From a virus, in the IMG/VR virus record IMGVR_UViG_3300014204_007611: a stretch of DNA of 64,000 nt; one strand, 5' to 3'. Position numbers and translations under genes: made by a program. Numbering within the stretch: the stretch's first letter is position 1; every line of letters starts with the position of its first letter. Shown one piece after another: positions 47,157 to 56,573 of the stretch. The notes under the pieces were generated by a model. It saw only the letters and a program-made list of their open reading frames with translations. It did no database searches and was not told the DNA's origin.

Positions 47157-47309
47157 TTATTGCGTCTCTTCGAAGTCAGTGTCGAAAGGGGCGTAGTCAT
47201 CAGAGTCCTCATAAGAAATAGGAATCCTCGGCACAGGATGTGACTGGTCGAGAGGTCCGTCATCGAGCGGAACCTCTTCCTCCTCCACGTTGTTGGGATT
47301 AGAATCCAT
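47157..47309 (-). CDS. Small acidic protein (50 aa), not in the ORF track because it is shorter than 60 aa
   Basis: Own translation: MDSNPNNVEEEEVPLDDGPLDQSHPVPRIPISYEDSDDYAPFDTDFEETQ. The ATG at 47307-47309 is preceded by TAAGGAG at an 8-nt spacing. Confidence 0.4.
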   Translation of the reverse strand: MDSNPNNVEEEEVPLDDGPLDQSHPVPRIPISYEDSDDYAPFDTDFEETQ

Positions 47310-47592
47310 GTCAGGTACTCCTTATCCGCCGTATCCGCCGAATATTCCGGTGGTCAATAATGTCGGTGGGTTTAGGCGAACATGCCTGGTCATAGATTTA
47401 TGTACTGCCGAGCCACTGACACCAGTAGAAGTTGCACAAATTGAAGACCAGATTGGGCTTGTACTTGCGAAGATCAAAGTCATACACCGTTCTGATATAG
47501 CAAATTCCAGCAGGTTCACAAAGCCACTGAGGGTCGCCTTACAATTGGAATAATCCTATAGTATTTTAACACAGTTGCACGGAAAGGATAAC

Positions 47593-48273
47593 ATGCAAGT
47601 ACGATTAATGACGTCAGAGGGAGGAGTTTCGAGCGAGCTTTACGAGATTGTCGGACCCGCAGATAGGAAGAATTGCATTTATGTATCTGATAAAGATGGA
47701 AAGCAATTGCGAGTCCACAAAGAAAGGTTGCTCCCAGCAGATGCACTTGGCAAATTGGTTGCCGTCGACCATGGTGGCAAACTCAAAGTTTCCTGCCCGG
47801 TCTGCTCAAGGATAATAGTAGCCGAGAAGGGCTTCGCCGAATGTCCCGTACATGGTAAACTACAAATAACAAGTCATGAACACCTAAACAATCCGGGCGA
47901 TGACACGTCCGCAACACAACAGGAAAAACACATGTCCAAAACAGATGCAACCACAATGGTCGATTTCGCGGTTGTCGCGACATACGGTGTTGAACTCTGG
48001 ACCAAGCAACAGCTCAAGTTCAGCGATCCGCGCACGGACGTGCAATCGCACGTTCTACTCGCCGACAATCCCGCTCGCAAACTGTGCTTCAATACCTACA
48101 ATGGAGCGCTCGGCAAGAAGAAATCGAACACCGAGGAAACCTTCCTTTCCCAACTGCAAGCCTTCAAGGATGGTGTTGCAGTGGCACCATCCGGCACATC
48201 GGTCTACCCGTTGAAGGGTACTCTGGACGATGCTCGCAAGCGTCTAGAAAAGACCGGCTATACGAAGAAGTAA
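47593..48273 (+). CDS. Hypothetical protein
   Basis: ATG at 47593 preceded by GGAAAGGA; the track's TTG start is at 47575. Confidence 0.4.
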   Translation: MQVRLMTSEGGVSSELYEIVGPADRKNCIYVSDKDGKQLRVHKERLLPADALGKLVAVDHGGKLKVSCPVCSRIIVAEKGFAECPVHGKLQITSHEHLNNPGDDTSATQQEKHMSKTDATTMVDFAVVATYGVELWTKQQLKFSDPRTDVQSHVLLADNPARKLCFNTYNGALGKKKSNTEETFLSQLQAFKDGVAVAPSGTSVYPLKGTLDDARKRLEKTGYTKK

Positions 48274-48326
48274 GCAGTATTACGCTGCTTAGCTATAGTC
48301 AGTAACGTAACAAAGGATTGTTCGCT

Positions 48327-48503
48327 ATGTTAGTATTATCTCGCAAGAAGAACGAGAGCATCGTTATCAACGACGACATCACCATTGTTGTTGTTGAAAT
48401 CCGTGGAGACAAGGTGCGTCTTGGAGTCGAGGCTCCAAAGGAAGTGCCAGTGCATCGCAGAGAAGTTTTTGATGCGATTCATCGGAATAACTCAGCGACA
48501 TGA
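48327..48503 (+). CDS. csrA: CsrA/RsmA-family carbon storage regulator homolog
   Basis: MLVLSRKKNESIVINDDITIVVVEIRGDKVRLGVEAPKEVPVHRREVF is colinear with E. coli CsrA ([48 protein letters not shown]). ATG at 48327 with an AAAGGA ribosome-binding site. Confidence 0.75.
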   Translation: MLVLSRKKNESIVINDDITIVVVEIRGDKVRLGVEAPKEVPVHRREVFDAIHRNNSAT

Positions 48504-48877
48504 TAGACGAAAACGTCATAAAACGTCGTATCGCTGCGCGTGGAAAAGCACGCACCATCATCCCGCTCATTACCGAAGAAGCTGCTGCTATCGATTCGGA
48601 TGTGCTTGAAGCATTCTGGGACGAATTGAGGAAATCTATACCTCAACAGGCACCAATCATCTCAGATCAACCCATGACTGATGAACAGGCTCGGGTATTT
48701 GGGTTCACTGAGATGCCATACGGTGAATTCAAAGGACAGCCTGTGAATAGTGTGCCCTTTAACAGGCTTGAATGGTACGCCGATTCGAAATTTCAAAAGC
48801 TTCTTGTTCGATATCTCAATAGCCCAAACATTCAACGCGAAAGAGATACAGGCGAAGGTATCATGCCATGGGAATGA
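48500..48877 (+). CDS. Hypothetical protein
   Basis: ATGA overlap with csrA. Confidence 0.35.
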   Translation: MIDENVIKRRIAARGKARTIIPLITEEAAAIDSDVLEAFWDELRKSIPQQAPIISDQPMTDEQARVFGFTEMPYGEFKGQPVNSVPFNRLEWYADSKFQKLLVRYLNSPNIQRERDTGEGIMPWE

Positions 48878-49071
48878 TAATGCCCGATTCTCCAGCGCGG
48901 CCACCAGACGTAAATGATGAGCAATGGCAAAAATTTATGAGCGAGTACCATATCACAGTATTGGTGCCGCTTGAAGTACACCTTCGCGAACGCGCTAGAT
49001 TGGTGAAAATTATTCTTGTAATGTTAATTCCGTCAGCCGCCATCATTATAGCAGCGTGGTGCGGATTATAA
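48868..49071 (+). CDS. Hypothetical small membrane protein
   Basis: 67 aa with a hydrophobic C-terminus. Confidence 0.3.
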   Translation: MGMIMPDSPARPPDVNDEQWQKFMSEYHITVLVPLEVHLRERARLVKIILVMLIPSAAIIIAAWCGL

Positions 49072-49659
49072 CGCTCTTCGCCAATTCTCCCATACAAACT
49101 CATAATCATAAGTCAAATAGTGAGTTTGACTCAAGCGATCTCTAATCGCTTGCCGCCTTGCTTCTGCATGTGGCGTAAACTGATGAAATTGTACTTGTAA
49201 ATCTCTGACTATATTGATACTACCAGTATTGATCATATGATCTAATAAGTCATATTCAGCGCCTTCGATATTCATTTTCACTAGCCGTATCTGTGGCAGT
49301 GCTTGTTCACGAATTACATCATCAATCGAAATAATTCGTATCTTCTCCTGCTGCCCGCTTTGTGACAGAATACTCGAAGCATCACCATTCACCGTGATAT
49401 TGCAAACTGTCGTTACTGGGCCGATGCCAGCACGATAAACATATGCACCAGTACCAGCTAAAGCCTTAGTTGTCATGGCGTAATATTCTGCGACTGGTTC
49501 GAACGCTATGATTCTGCAATGGTAACGATCATATATCTGGCGGCTCCAAACACCATGATATGCGCCGCAGTCGAAAACAACATCACTAATATTGATGCGA
49601 TAATCTAATCTCAAAGTCTCATCGCCATGATCAGCAAACCAACGGTCAAAATCAGGCAT
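49066..49659 (-). CDS. FkbM-family SAM methyltransferase
   Basis: VFDCGAYHGVWS...IIAFEP is the Methyltransf_21 pattern. Confidence 0.55.
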   Translation of the reverse strand: MPDFDRWFADHGDETLRLDYRINISDVVFDCGAYHGVWSRQIYDRYHCRIIAFEPVAEYYAMTTKALAGTGAYVYRAGIGPVTTVCNITVNGDASSILSQSGQQEKIRIISIDDVIREQALPQIRLVKMNIEGAEYDLLDHMINTGSINIVRDLQVQFHQFTPHAEARRQAIRDRLSQTHYLTYDYEFVWENWRRAL

Positions 49660-49660
49660 T

Positions 49661-50395
49661 TTAGTCCCTCAGTCGTAAGTCTGTGATATTCATTCCACAG
49701 TTGCGTGCATCTACCATTCTTGGCCAGTTGCCTTCAATAAATTCGACATCATGCATGCCTGTGCGATCCTCGACGAGTGGGCTTAATATACGTCCATTGC
49801 TTAAAGTAGCAGCCCACCAGCTAAACGACGAATTCGCACGCAATATTACATTAGCGTTCATCAATGACACAAAATCGTCAATAAATGGCATGCCCATATC
49901 TATCAAATCCTGAGCTTGTTGGCGGCTTCCTTCTTGAATCCATGTAATATCAGTAGGATTCAAATCGAATTTCTTACAAGCTTCAACATATGAATTTTCG
50001 CTAATTAGACAATAAATATTGCTGAGCCCAACATAATCGCCTCTACGTATATGTGCGGCTATCAGATAACGAGTCGTAAATCTGCGTTGCCATTCGTCTT
50101 TAAGACGAAACCAAGCTTTTAATCTCGACCGCGACATGAGATTTATAGCGGCTTGCGATTGAAAATACCCGCTCAAAATAATGTTAGTTCTTCCAGTCGG
50201 GATCTCATCGAATCCCGTGTGCGGTAAGTCGTAGTCAAGTGGAGGGTCTGAGATTTCGAAAATCCGCTGGCCTATCCATCCAGGAGTCAATAGCATAGCA
50301 TTCTGTGATTCGGCATAAGCACGAGCAAATGCATATTGAAAAAGTTGATTGCCAAAGCCACCAACAAACGACACGCCGACGACTTTTCGAGTCAT
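49661..50395 (-). CDS. Glycosyltransferase family 11 (alpha-1,2-fucosyltransferase-like)
   Basis: GGFGNQLFQYAFARA (GT11 motif), AAHIRRGDY (HxRRxD motif I) and SSFSWWAA (motif IV). Confidence 0.7.
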   Translation of the reverse strand: MTRKVVGVSFVGGFGNQLFQYAFARAYAESQNAMLLTPGWIGQRIFEISDPPLDYDLPHTGFDEIPTGRTNIILSGYFQSQAAINLMSRSRLKAWFRLKDEWQRRFTTRYLIAAHIRRGDYVGLSNIYCLISENSYVEACKKFDLNPTDITWIQEGSRQQAQDLIDMGMPFIDDFVSLMNANVILRANSSFSWWAATLSNGRILSPLVEDRTGMHDVEFIEGNWPRMVDARNCGMNITDLRLRD

Positions 50396-51084
50396 TATCG
50401 CCTACCAGCAAGTACCTGGTCGATATTTTGTCTCAACGGAAAGTTGCTTGGACATCCAAGTATATCTGACATACCAGCTGCCTGGTTGAACAGCATAGGA
50501 TATATACCGTATGCTTTTATCTTATTAAAATATCTAGCATATACTACGTCGACCGGGATGCCAGCACCAACATGTGACTCAACGTGTGCAATCAAACCAT
50601 CCAGACATTTTCTATTCACTGCATAGGCATGTGTTGTTAATGCGTCGTTCAATAGTAACATGTTGGACGCCACAAATTGTGGTGGTTCAGTGACAGCAGC
50701 GGGGTCAAGATTGTATCCTAAATATAGCATATCCCAATCTGGACGAATTTGTCTTTTGCCGATTCGCCAGCTGAATTGCCAATCGGAATAAAGTTCAGCA
50801 TCATCTTCAAGAATGAGAATATTACTAACATCGGCATCGCGTGCGCTCCGAAGCATAGCTAAGTGCGATTCATAGCACCCTATCCATCCAGGTTGTTTAT
50901 AAATCGCTGGGAATCGCGTAGCCTTTGTTACGCCAGCTAGATGAAGCTGTTTTTGAATACTGGCCCATCTATCTGGGCGTTTATCCAAATTTAGGATGTA
51001 GATATGGTCGAAAAAGTTCTGCATACTTTCAACCGATTCCTGATGCCATGATCGACACACTTTCTGCCAAGCCAAAATTTCCAT
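50395..51084 (-). CDS. Glycosyltransferase family 25-like (LPS/LOS beta-1,4-galactosyltransferase family)
   Basis: FDHIYILNLDKRPDRW is the GT25 N-terminal signature. Confidence 0.6.
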   Translation of the reverse strand: MEILAWQKVCRSWHQESVESMQNFFDHIYILNLDKRPDRWASIQKQLHLAGVTKATRFPAIYKQPGWIGCYESHLAMLRSARDADVSNILILEDDAELYSDWQFSWRIGKRQIRPDWDMLYLGYNLDPAAVTEPPQFVASNMLLLNDALTTHAYAVNRKCLDGLIAHVESHVGAGIPVDVVYARYFNKIKAYGIYPMLFNQAAGMSDILGCPSNFPLRQNIDQVLAGRR

Positions 51085-51650
51085 TAATAGTTACCGCCTA
51101 CACCATATCAAGCCACCTGGGTGATTATTATAAACGGTGTGTGGCAAGATTGGTACGTAGCTGTATTAAATTCGATCTGCCACATCTAGTCGTACCATTA
51201 GAGCAGCAAGGTGGCTGGGATGCTGGGTGTGCCACGAAAATTGTGGTACTTCAGCAACTATTAAAACAACTAAACCGACCATTATTGTGGCTCGACGCAG
51301 ATGCTGAGATATTTGCCTATCCGAGCATATTTGAAACAATCAACTGCGAAATGGCGTTGGCGTCTGTTTGTGGCCATTGGCTAACCGGAACGCTATATTT
51401 TCGACCTAGTGCTCTGCCATTTATTGAAAACTGGAAGCAGCGAACTGGAGTAGATGTTGACGAGGTAGCATTAGTAAAATTATATACTTCGTCGCCGAGT
51501 AATTATCGCCCGAAGATGGTGATGCTACCAGATGCTTATAATGTCGCAATCCATACCGCGTCAGATCTTAGTAATGTTGTAATCGGACACCATATGCGAC
51601 CAGATGTAGCGCCGAGTCGTGGTGTTCAAGCTAATCCTATACCAGACTAA
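51048..51650 (+). CDS. Nucleotide-diphospho-sugar transferase-like protein
   Basis: LLWLDADAEIF is a DxD-containing GT-A pattern. The start is uncertain: ATG at 51048 overlaps the divergent GT25 start by 37 nt. Confidence 0.4.
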   Translation: MIDTLSAKPKFPLIVTAYTISSHLGDYYKRCVARLVRSCIKFDLPHLVVPLEQQGGWDAGCATKIVVLQQLLKQLNRPLLWLDADAEIFAYPSIFETINCEMALASVCGHWLTGTLYFRPSALPFIENWKQRTGVDVDEVALVKLYTSSPSNYRPKMVMLPDAYNVAIHTASDLSNVVIGHHMRPDVAPSRGVQANPIPD

Positions 51651-51973
51651 TTGCTTATCTGTTTCCAATACGCCACTGGAATAGGAGTGGTCTCAACGAC
51701 CACCTTTCGCATAAGCAGGTTAGAAGCGGTATTGTAATAGTACGAATTCCGATATGTAGCGGCATCTGGCTCAAAAGGAGTCATTTCTACTACGTGCCCG
51801 CCAGCCATCTCAATACCAAGACGATTTGGATTTCCAGCGACAGTTATACTACCGCGACGGGCCATAATGTCTTCTAAAAACGCGTTCACAGTATTAAGTG
51901 GTTCTAAGCTACCACTAGAAGCTAGCAATGTGGCGGTTGGAACGATTGACGGTGATGGTGAGGGCGATGCCAT
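51647..51973 (-). CDS. Hypothetical protein
   Basis: 108-aa ORF. Confidence 0.3.
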   Translation of the reverse strand: MASPSPSPSIVPTATLLASSGSLEPLNTVNAFLEDIMARRGSITVAGNPNRLGIEMAGGHVVEMTPFEPDAATYRNSYYYNTASNLLMRKVVVETTPIPVAYWKQISN

Positions 51974-52026
51974 ATTATCTCCAATTCATCATTTTATCTT
52001 TTGTTAAAATATATCATATAGGAGAC

Positions 52027-52755
52027 ATGACCTTGAATAATCCGAAATCGATTGCATCTCTGATTTCTAACTCAGCTGACGTGTCTCCAGAGCAGCTGCT
52101 TCGTGAGTTTATATCTCACAATGAAAATATCTACTACGAATCATTTCGTGCTTTTTGTAGCAGGAATGGTATAACTATCAACCACAATGAATTTATCGAC
52201 TTATTAGCTGCAGACCGGTCATATACTTTTCACGAATACTCCGATGAAACTGGTCGATATTGGACCCCCACCATATCTGAAGGATATGTATCTAATGTCC
52301 TACCTGGCGACTGGGACGATTTCGGTGATGATCAAATCGAGGGCATAACAAAGCCAGCCTTTGGCGATAGTGCACAACAGCAGCCAATGGATTTTGAGCC
52401 GTTGTGCAACGATCAAATCGATTTAGATGAACCAATACAAGACGCTGAAGATAGCGAAATAATTGAGCCAGAAGAGGAACCAGATCCTCCCGACTTCGAC
52501 GTCCGTCAACGTCACCGTCCTAGCAGAGATGTAAAAGAACTTGAAGGCGGTGTCGGGCTATATGAAGCTAACAACTGCGGCCCGTTAATGCCGAGACTAT
52601 ACGGCCTAGTTGATTCATGGCAGAATGGTGCGATAGATCATCCAACATTCGAACAAGAGTTGCGTAATATATCAGCAGAGCCGACACTTAAGAATAGCAA
52701 CATCGATCCGTGGGCGATGGTCCAAAAAATTTTAGCGATAAGAAGTGCTTCGTGA
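52027..52755 (+). CDS. Acidic hypothetical protein
   Basis: ATG at 52027 preceded by AGGAGA; an Asp/Glu-rich central region. Confidence 0.45.
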   Translation: MTLNNPKSIASLISNSADVSPEQLLREFISHNENIYYESFRAFCSRNGITINHNEFIDLLAADRSYTFHEYSDETGRYWTPTISEGYVSNVLPGDWDDFGDDQIEGITKPAFGDSAQQQPMDFEPLCNDQIDLDEPIQDAEDSEIIEPEEEPDPPDFDVRQRHRPSRDVKELEGGVGLYEANNCGPLMPRLYGLVDSWQNGAIDHPTFEQELRNISAEPTLKNSNIDPWAMVQKILAIRSAS

Positions 52756-53562
52756 TTATTTCTTATTGATATCTTTAATATCTTGTCGGTGTCGCTCTTC
52801 AGCACGCTCAAGCCGACCTTCTAAGGCATGTAGTTCTTCAGTTATCATTTCTTGCTTCGCTGTTAAACGAGCGTCAACCTCGGCACCCTTTGTTGCGTGT
52901 TCCAATCTCCAAGCGCGAAAATCCTTAAGGATCTCTTGAACTTTGCTGATGTAATCATCAGCATTTTTACTAGTTGCTGCTATTTTGGAGTCGGTCGTTT
53001 GTTGCATCAACGCCATTTCTCGCTGTAGCGTCGTATCAAGCTTAGTCAAATGGCCGCTGGTTTCCGTTGCAAATGCGTCCTGCTTTCCCTTTTCATATTG
53101 AGCGGAAAACATCCGCTCGGTAATAACGGCTGTGTCGTTCTGCAAGCGGTTCACGTTGGCTGCCTGACCACTAAACAGCATACCGACAACAGCACCGGCC
53201 ATACCTAAAACTGTGAGGCCCATAGCAACAAAGGCGAAAATGCTCTGCCATTGCGGCTTCGCAGATGTAGTCAGTCGATCAGTAACAGACTCAATTTGGG
53301 CGGAAAACCCCTCTCTCATTCTAGTGAGAGTTTCGCCAATCATCTCCCTGAAGCTTCCCATTTCCTTTCCCATCATATTGATGTTCTGGGAAACTTCTTG
53401 GATATCTCTAGTCAGAGATTCAACAACGCCCTCTAATCGTCCAACACGTGTGTCCATTCTATGATCAGGCTCTGGCGATGGTGCGTGTTTCTCCGGGAAA
53501 ACAATATCCTTGAATGGACAATCGTCGTGCTTGCTCGAAGGTGCCATGTATATACCCCACAT
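52756..53562 (-). CDS. Coiled-coil membrane protein
   Basis: Central TM helix IFAFVAMGLTVLGMAGAVVGMLF flanked by heptad-like coiled coils. Confidence 0.45.
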   Translation of the reverse strand: MWGIYMAPSSKHDDCPFKDIVFPEKHAPSPEPDHRMDTRVGRLEGVVESLTRDIQEVSQNINMMGKEMGSFREMIGETLTRMREGFSAQIESVTDRLTTSAKPQWQSIFAFVAMGLTVLGMAGAVVGMLFSGQAANVNRLQNDTAVITERMFSAQYEKGKQDAFATETSGHLTKLDTTLQREMALMQQTTDSKIAATSKNADDYISKVQEILKDFRAWRLEHATKGAEVDARLTAKQEMITEELHALEGRLERAEERHRQDIKDINKK

Positions 53563-53628
53563 CCTGAAGATTTAACGTTTTGTGCGTCTGTGGATTACCA
53601 CATATAAAGTTTAATTTTGAGGTATATG

Positions 53629-53652
53629 GAATGATTCAGAATAGAATCATTT
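53629..53652 (-). promoter_or_regulatory. 9-bp inverted repeat overlapping the stop codon of 53647..53910
   Basis: GAATGATTC-agaata-GAATCATTC. Confidence 0.3.
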
Positions 53653-53910
53653 CAGCATACTGCTAATTTCTTCGAACCGGAATGGTTCAGACGACCGGAA
53701 TCGGTCATTAGAGATGGAGGCAACTACTTTCGCATTGTGTAATAATGCATCCTTAGAAGATATTGGTCGCTCTATTTGAATTTCGCAGTACAAACTCCAA
53801 TGCCTGAACCCATCGGATGTATCGTATAGGTTATCAGGTACAATTATCCCAGCAGCCCTTGCGTAATCAACCAAACTCTCTCGGTGTTGAATCGATGGTT
53901 GCTCTCTCAT
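53647..53910 (-). CDS. Hypothetical protein
   Basis: 87-aa ORF. Confidence 0.35.
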   Translation of the reverse strand: MREQPSIQHRESLVDYARAAGIIVPDNLYDTSDGFRHWSLYCEIQIERPISSKDALLHNAKVVASISNDRFRSSEPFRFEEISSMLK

Positions 53911-53914
53911 TTTA

Positions 53915-54364
53915 CTACCCGCTCAGTAAGTCGATTGCCACCAATAACTGTTCTGGCCCCTGGATATACCATTCATTTTCAACAATCAAAATCGCCAAGT
54001 CTTCTATGTCACGCGAAGTGGCGATCACAAAGCCTGTCTTCGATTTCAGAGTCCAATCGATATTTTCTTTGAACGTTCCGAAGATACCAGATAACTCATT
54101 GCAAGTGCAAACTTCAACTTCGCTTCCTGGCGGAACACGGCCAAGATTTCGTTTGATCACCCAAAACTTCGTATTGGAGCGAACGAGGATTCTATCTGCT
54201 GGTTTGCGATGTAATTCGCATTTCCAACATAACATAGAACCATCTGGCAACTTGCGTAGCTTGCTACTGCAACGCGGGCAAAGTGTTACCTCTGGTTTGC
54301 CGCAATTGACTTCGAAACTTAATGAGGTCGTTTCCACAGCCGCACCTGCTATACATATTGACAT
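53915..54364 (-). CDS. Hypothetical zinc-ribbon protein
   Basis: CPRC-x13-CWKC. ATG at 54364 with AAAGGG upstream; the track extends it to 54430. It overlaps the next ORF in another frame. Confidence 0.35.
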   Translation of the reverse strand: MSICIAGAAVETTSLSFEVNCGKPEVTLCPRCSSKLRKLPDGSMLCWKCELHRKPADRILVRSNTKFWVIKRNLGRVPPGSEVEVCTCNELSGIFGTFKENIDWTLKSKTGFVIATSRDIEDLAILIVENEWYIQGPEQLLVAIDLLSG

Positions 54365-54533
54365 ATAAGTACCCTTTACATTGCGGGCACTGATCCATAT
54401 AACGACCTTTATAGTCGTAAATATGCACACCGTTAATCACTCGGAAAAACACATGCCCGCATTCAGAACATGTCGCCCTGCCGGTTGGCATCGAGTAATC
54501 GCAATTAGGACATATCTTGTATCCCGCTGGCAT
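54264..54533 (-). CDS. Double zinc-ribbon small protein
   Basis: CPNC-x10-CSEC and CPQC-x10-CGC; overlaps 53915..54364 by about 100 nt. Confidence 0.35.
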   Translation of the reverse strand: MPAGYKICPNCDYSMPTGRATCSECGHVFFRVINGVHIYDYKGRYMDQCPQCKGYLYVNMYSRCGCGNDLIKFRSQLRQTRGNTLPALQ

Positions 54534-54819
54534 TCTCTGATTCGCTTTCTTTGATTTCCAATTCGCTCTTCTTCGGTCCTCTCTCGACCATGTAGGCGAA
54601 TGGAGCCTCTCCCTTAACTGGTGGCGTATAGACCTTGACTTGTTCTGGCGGTCGGCGTTTTTTCGCCAGAATCTCGCCCCTCTTCTTGCACCGGTCCAAA
54701 TACGCCTGCTTCTCTGGCGTAACAGGCTGCTCGGTTTTCGATGCCTTCAAAACCTTATATGCCAAGGCTTCATCCTTCGTCTGTGCTTTTTTGTTTTGCC
54801 GTGATTTCTTGCTGCTCAT
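54505..54819 (-). CDS. Lys-rich basic protein
   Basis: 104 aa, highly basic N-terminus (MSSKKSRQNKKAQTK). Confidence 0.35.
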   Translation of the reverse strand: MSSKKSRQNKKAQTKDEALAYKVLKASKTEQPVTPEKQAYLDRCKKRGEILAKKRRPPEQVKVYTPPVKGEAPFAYMVERGPKKSELEIKESESENASGIQDMS

Positions 54820-55729
54820 CGTAATCCTGAATTGTTGAAACTTTTGATACTAACTCCCGATGAACGATACATCCTTTCCTGTGTCGAATGATCGGTATCG
54901 TTCTACCTTTACCAGTCCAATACAGAGCGAATGGGCTATCTCCACGAATGTGAGGAATTACTTCGATTTTTCTACCGATATTCCAACCACGTTTACCACG
55001 CCTGATTGCTCTATCGATTACCGCTTGCGTTGGATTTGCTTCGTATTTCGCCTTATCCTTGTCGAGTACGTCTGGCTCAATGATCGTCGGATCGTTCTCA
55101 AGAAGGCAGATAGTGCAAACTAGACGAATAATGCCAGTGTGAATGCTTTCTGGCATTATCACACCTAGCTTCGAAGATGGGTCATGCTGAAGCATGTCGC
55201 TTGCCGCTTCAACAGTCAGCCCATTCTTAACTGGCACATTGATGTAGGAGGCGATTGTGAGGTCTTTGATAGTCGGATCGGATGATGGATCGCTTATCCC
55301 GTACGTCTCACCAAAATCGACCCAGATAGATATCCCATCGTAGAATTCGCCCTTAGTAGTGAGAGTCACTGGGCCACACAAGACGGAACGAACGTTATAA
55401 TGCCTGTCGCCGTAGTCAAACGACAGCTTGTGGTCGACTTTCGGAAAATGAATAGCAAATACTCGCAATCCGGTTGGAATCCGAATCAAGCCGGTGTCAA
55501 CCTCTAGATTCAGCTTCAACAACATCGGGATTATCGACGGATAGACGCGATAATAAGGGCACTTGTCTGTTTCCCAAGCCCTCTCTATGATCTGTTGCCG
55601 GTATGTCGCCTTATCGGCGGACATAATGGACGAACGCATCGTCTCGGTATAGAATTCCTTCATATCCCTTTTGACGGGCGTTATCGAATTCACTAGTAGT
55701 CTGCTTGTTCGATATTGCCAGAAGTCCAT
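54770..55729 (-). CDS. Hypothetical protein
   Basis: 319-aa ORF; first gene of a minus-strand array leaving a divergent intergenic region. Confidence 0.45.
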   Translation of the reverse strand: MDFWQYRTSRLLVNSITPVKRDMKEFYTETMRSSIMSADKATYRQQIIERAWETDKCPYYRVYPSIIPMLLKLNLEVDTGLIRIPTGLRVFAIHFPKVDHKLSFDYGDRHYNVRSVLCGPVTLTTKGEFYDGISIWVDFGETYGISDPSSDPTIKDLTIASYINVPVKNGLTVEAASDMLQHDPSSKLGVIMPESIHTGIIRLVCTICLLENDPTIIEPDVLDKDKAKYEANPTQAVIDRAIRRGKRGWNIGRKIEVIPHIRGDSPFALYWTGKGRTIPIIRHRKGCIVHRELVSKVSTIQDYDEQQEITAKQKSTDEG

Positions 55730-55780
55730 AGTTTTCTCCTTCTAATTATAGCACAAATTAAAGAATCAATTAATTCGGAC

Positions 55781-55788
55781 TATAAATA
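55781..55788 (+). promoter_or_regulatory. Candidate T4-type late promoter element
   Basis: Exact TATAAATA in the divergent intergenic region 55730-55895, upstream of the plus-strand gene array that begins at 55896. Confidence 0.3.
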
Positions 55789-55895
55789 GCCAACAATGAT
55801 GTATTTAAGCCTTCGGAGACGCGCCGACCTATTTTCCTTGCTTTCCTTCGCACGATTTGCTACAGAGAGGCGTCGGAAGCCGGAGGCGCAAGGAA

Positions 55896-56183
55896 ATGCA
55901 GAAAAACGTGGAGAGAAGCATGCAATCATTCAGTAATTCGGAATTCATGAAATGGGCGAACGATAAGAAATTGATCTTCGTCTCACAGATCTGCTGGCCA
56001 GACGCCACAAAACTATTACCCCCTGACGAGGTGGCTGTTAAGATTCCGGCCAATACAACTTCGCACGTCAATCTTTACACGAATGCGAAGAAGGAAATAT
56101 TCTTGTCCGTCTGTATCGTTCCAGACGACAGAACGACCGATCCCCTCATCTTGGTGTTCAAGCAGCTACCTAGTCTTAAATAA
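55896..56183 (+). CDS. Hypothetical protein
   Basis: ATG at 55896 with an AAGGAA ribosome-binding site. Confidence 0.35.
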   Translation: MQKNVERSMQSFSNSEFMKWANDKKLIFVSQICWPDATKLLPPDEVAVKIPANTTSHVNLYTNAKKEIFLSVCIVPDDRTTDPLILVFKQLPSLK

Positions 56184-56202
56184 TCACACAAAGGAATGTG
56201 CT

Positions 56203-56385
56203 ATGGCCGATGCCGAAAAGTATCGCGAAACAGCCGACAAAATCATGGCCGAATTGGAGTATATCACCAAATGCCATGGCCTTCTCGATAGCATTAATCT
56301 GCCGCCTGGAGCCGGGGCGACAAGGGCAGAACAACTCTACCACAGAATATCCGACTACATTGATCTACGGCGAGATATAACCTGA
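56203..56385 (+). CDS. Hypothetical small protein
   Basis: ATG at 56203 with AAGGAA upstream. Confidence 0.35.
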   Translation: MADAEKYRETADKIMAELEYITKCHGLLDSINLPPGAGATRAEQLYHRISDYIDLRRDIT

Positions 56386-56573
56386 TGTGGTTGGTTGCCG
56401 AGAAAACATTATCGTATCGCAAAGAGGAGATTCGTCGAAAATGGGCGAGATCCAATAAAGTGAGTGATATGAGCATATTCGAGTTCGGTCAGTTTCTTAT
56501 CGCGCTTGACAAAGTGCAGACCAAAAAAGAACTCGAAGAATTAAAAGCCAGATGGAACACCACTGGAAAATAA
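56385..56573 (+). CDS. Hypothetical small protein
   Basis: 62-aa ORF. Confidence 0.3.
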   Translation: MWLVAEKTLSYRKEEIRRKWARSNKVSDMSIFEFGQFLIALDKVQTKKELEELKARWNTTGK

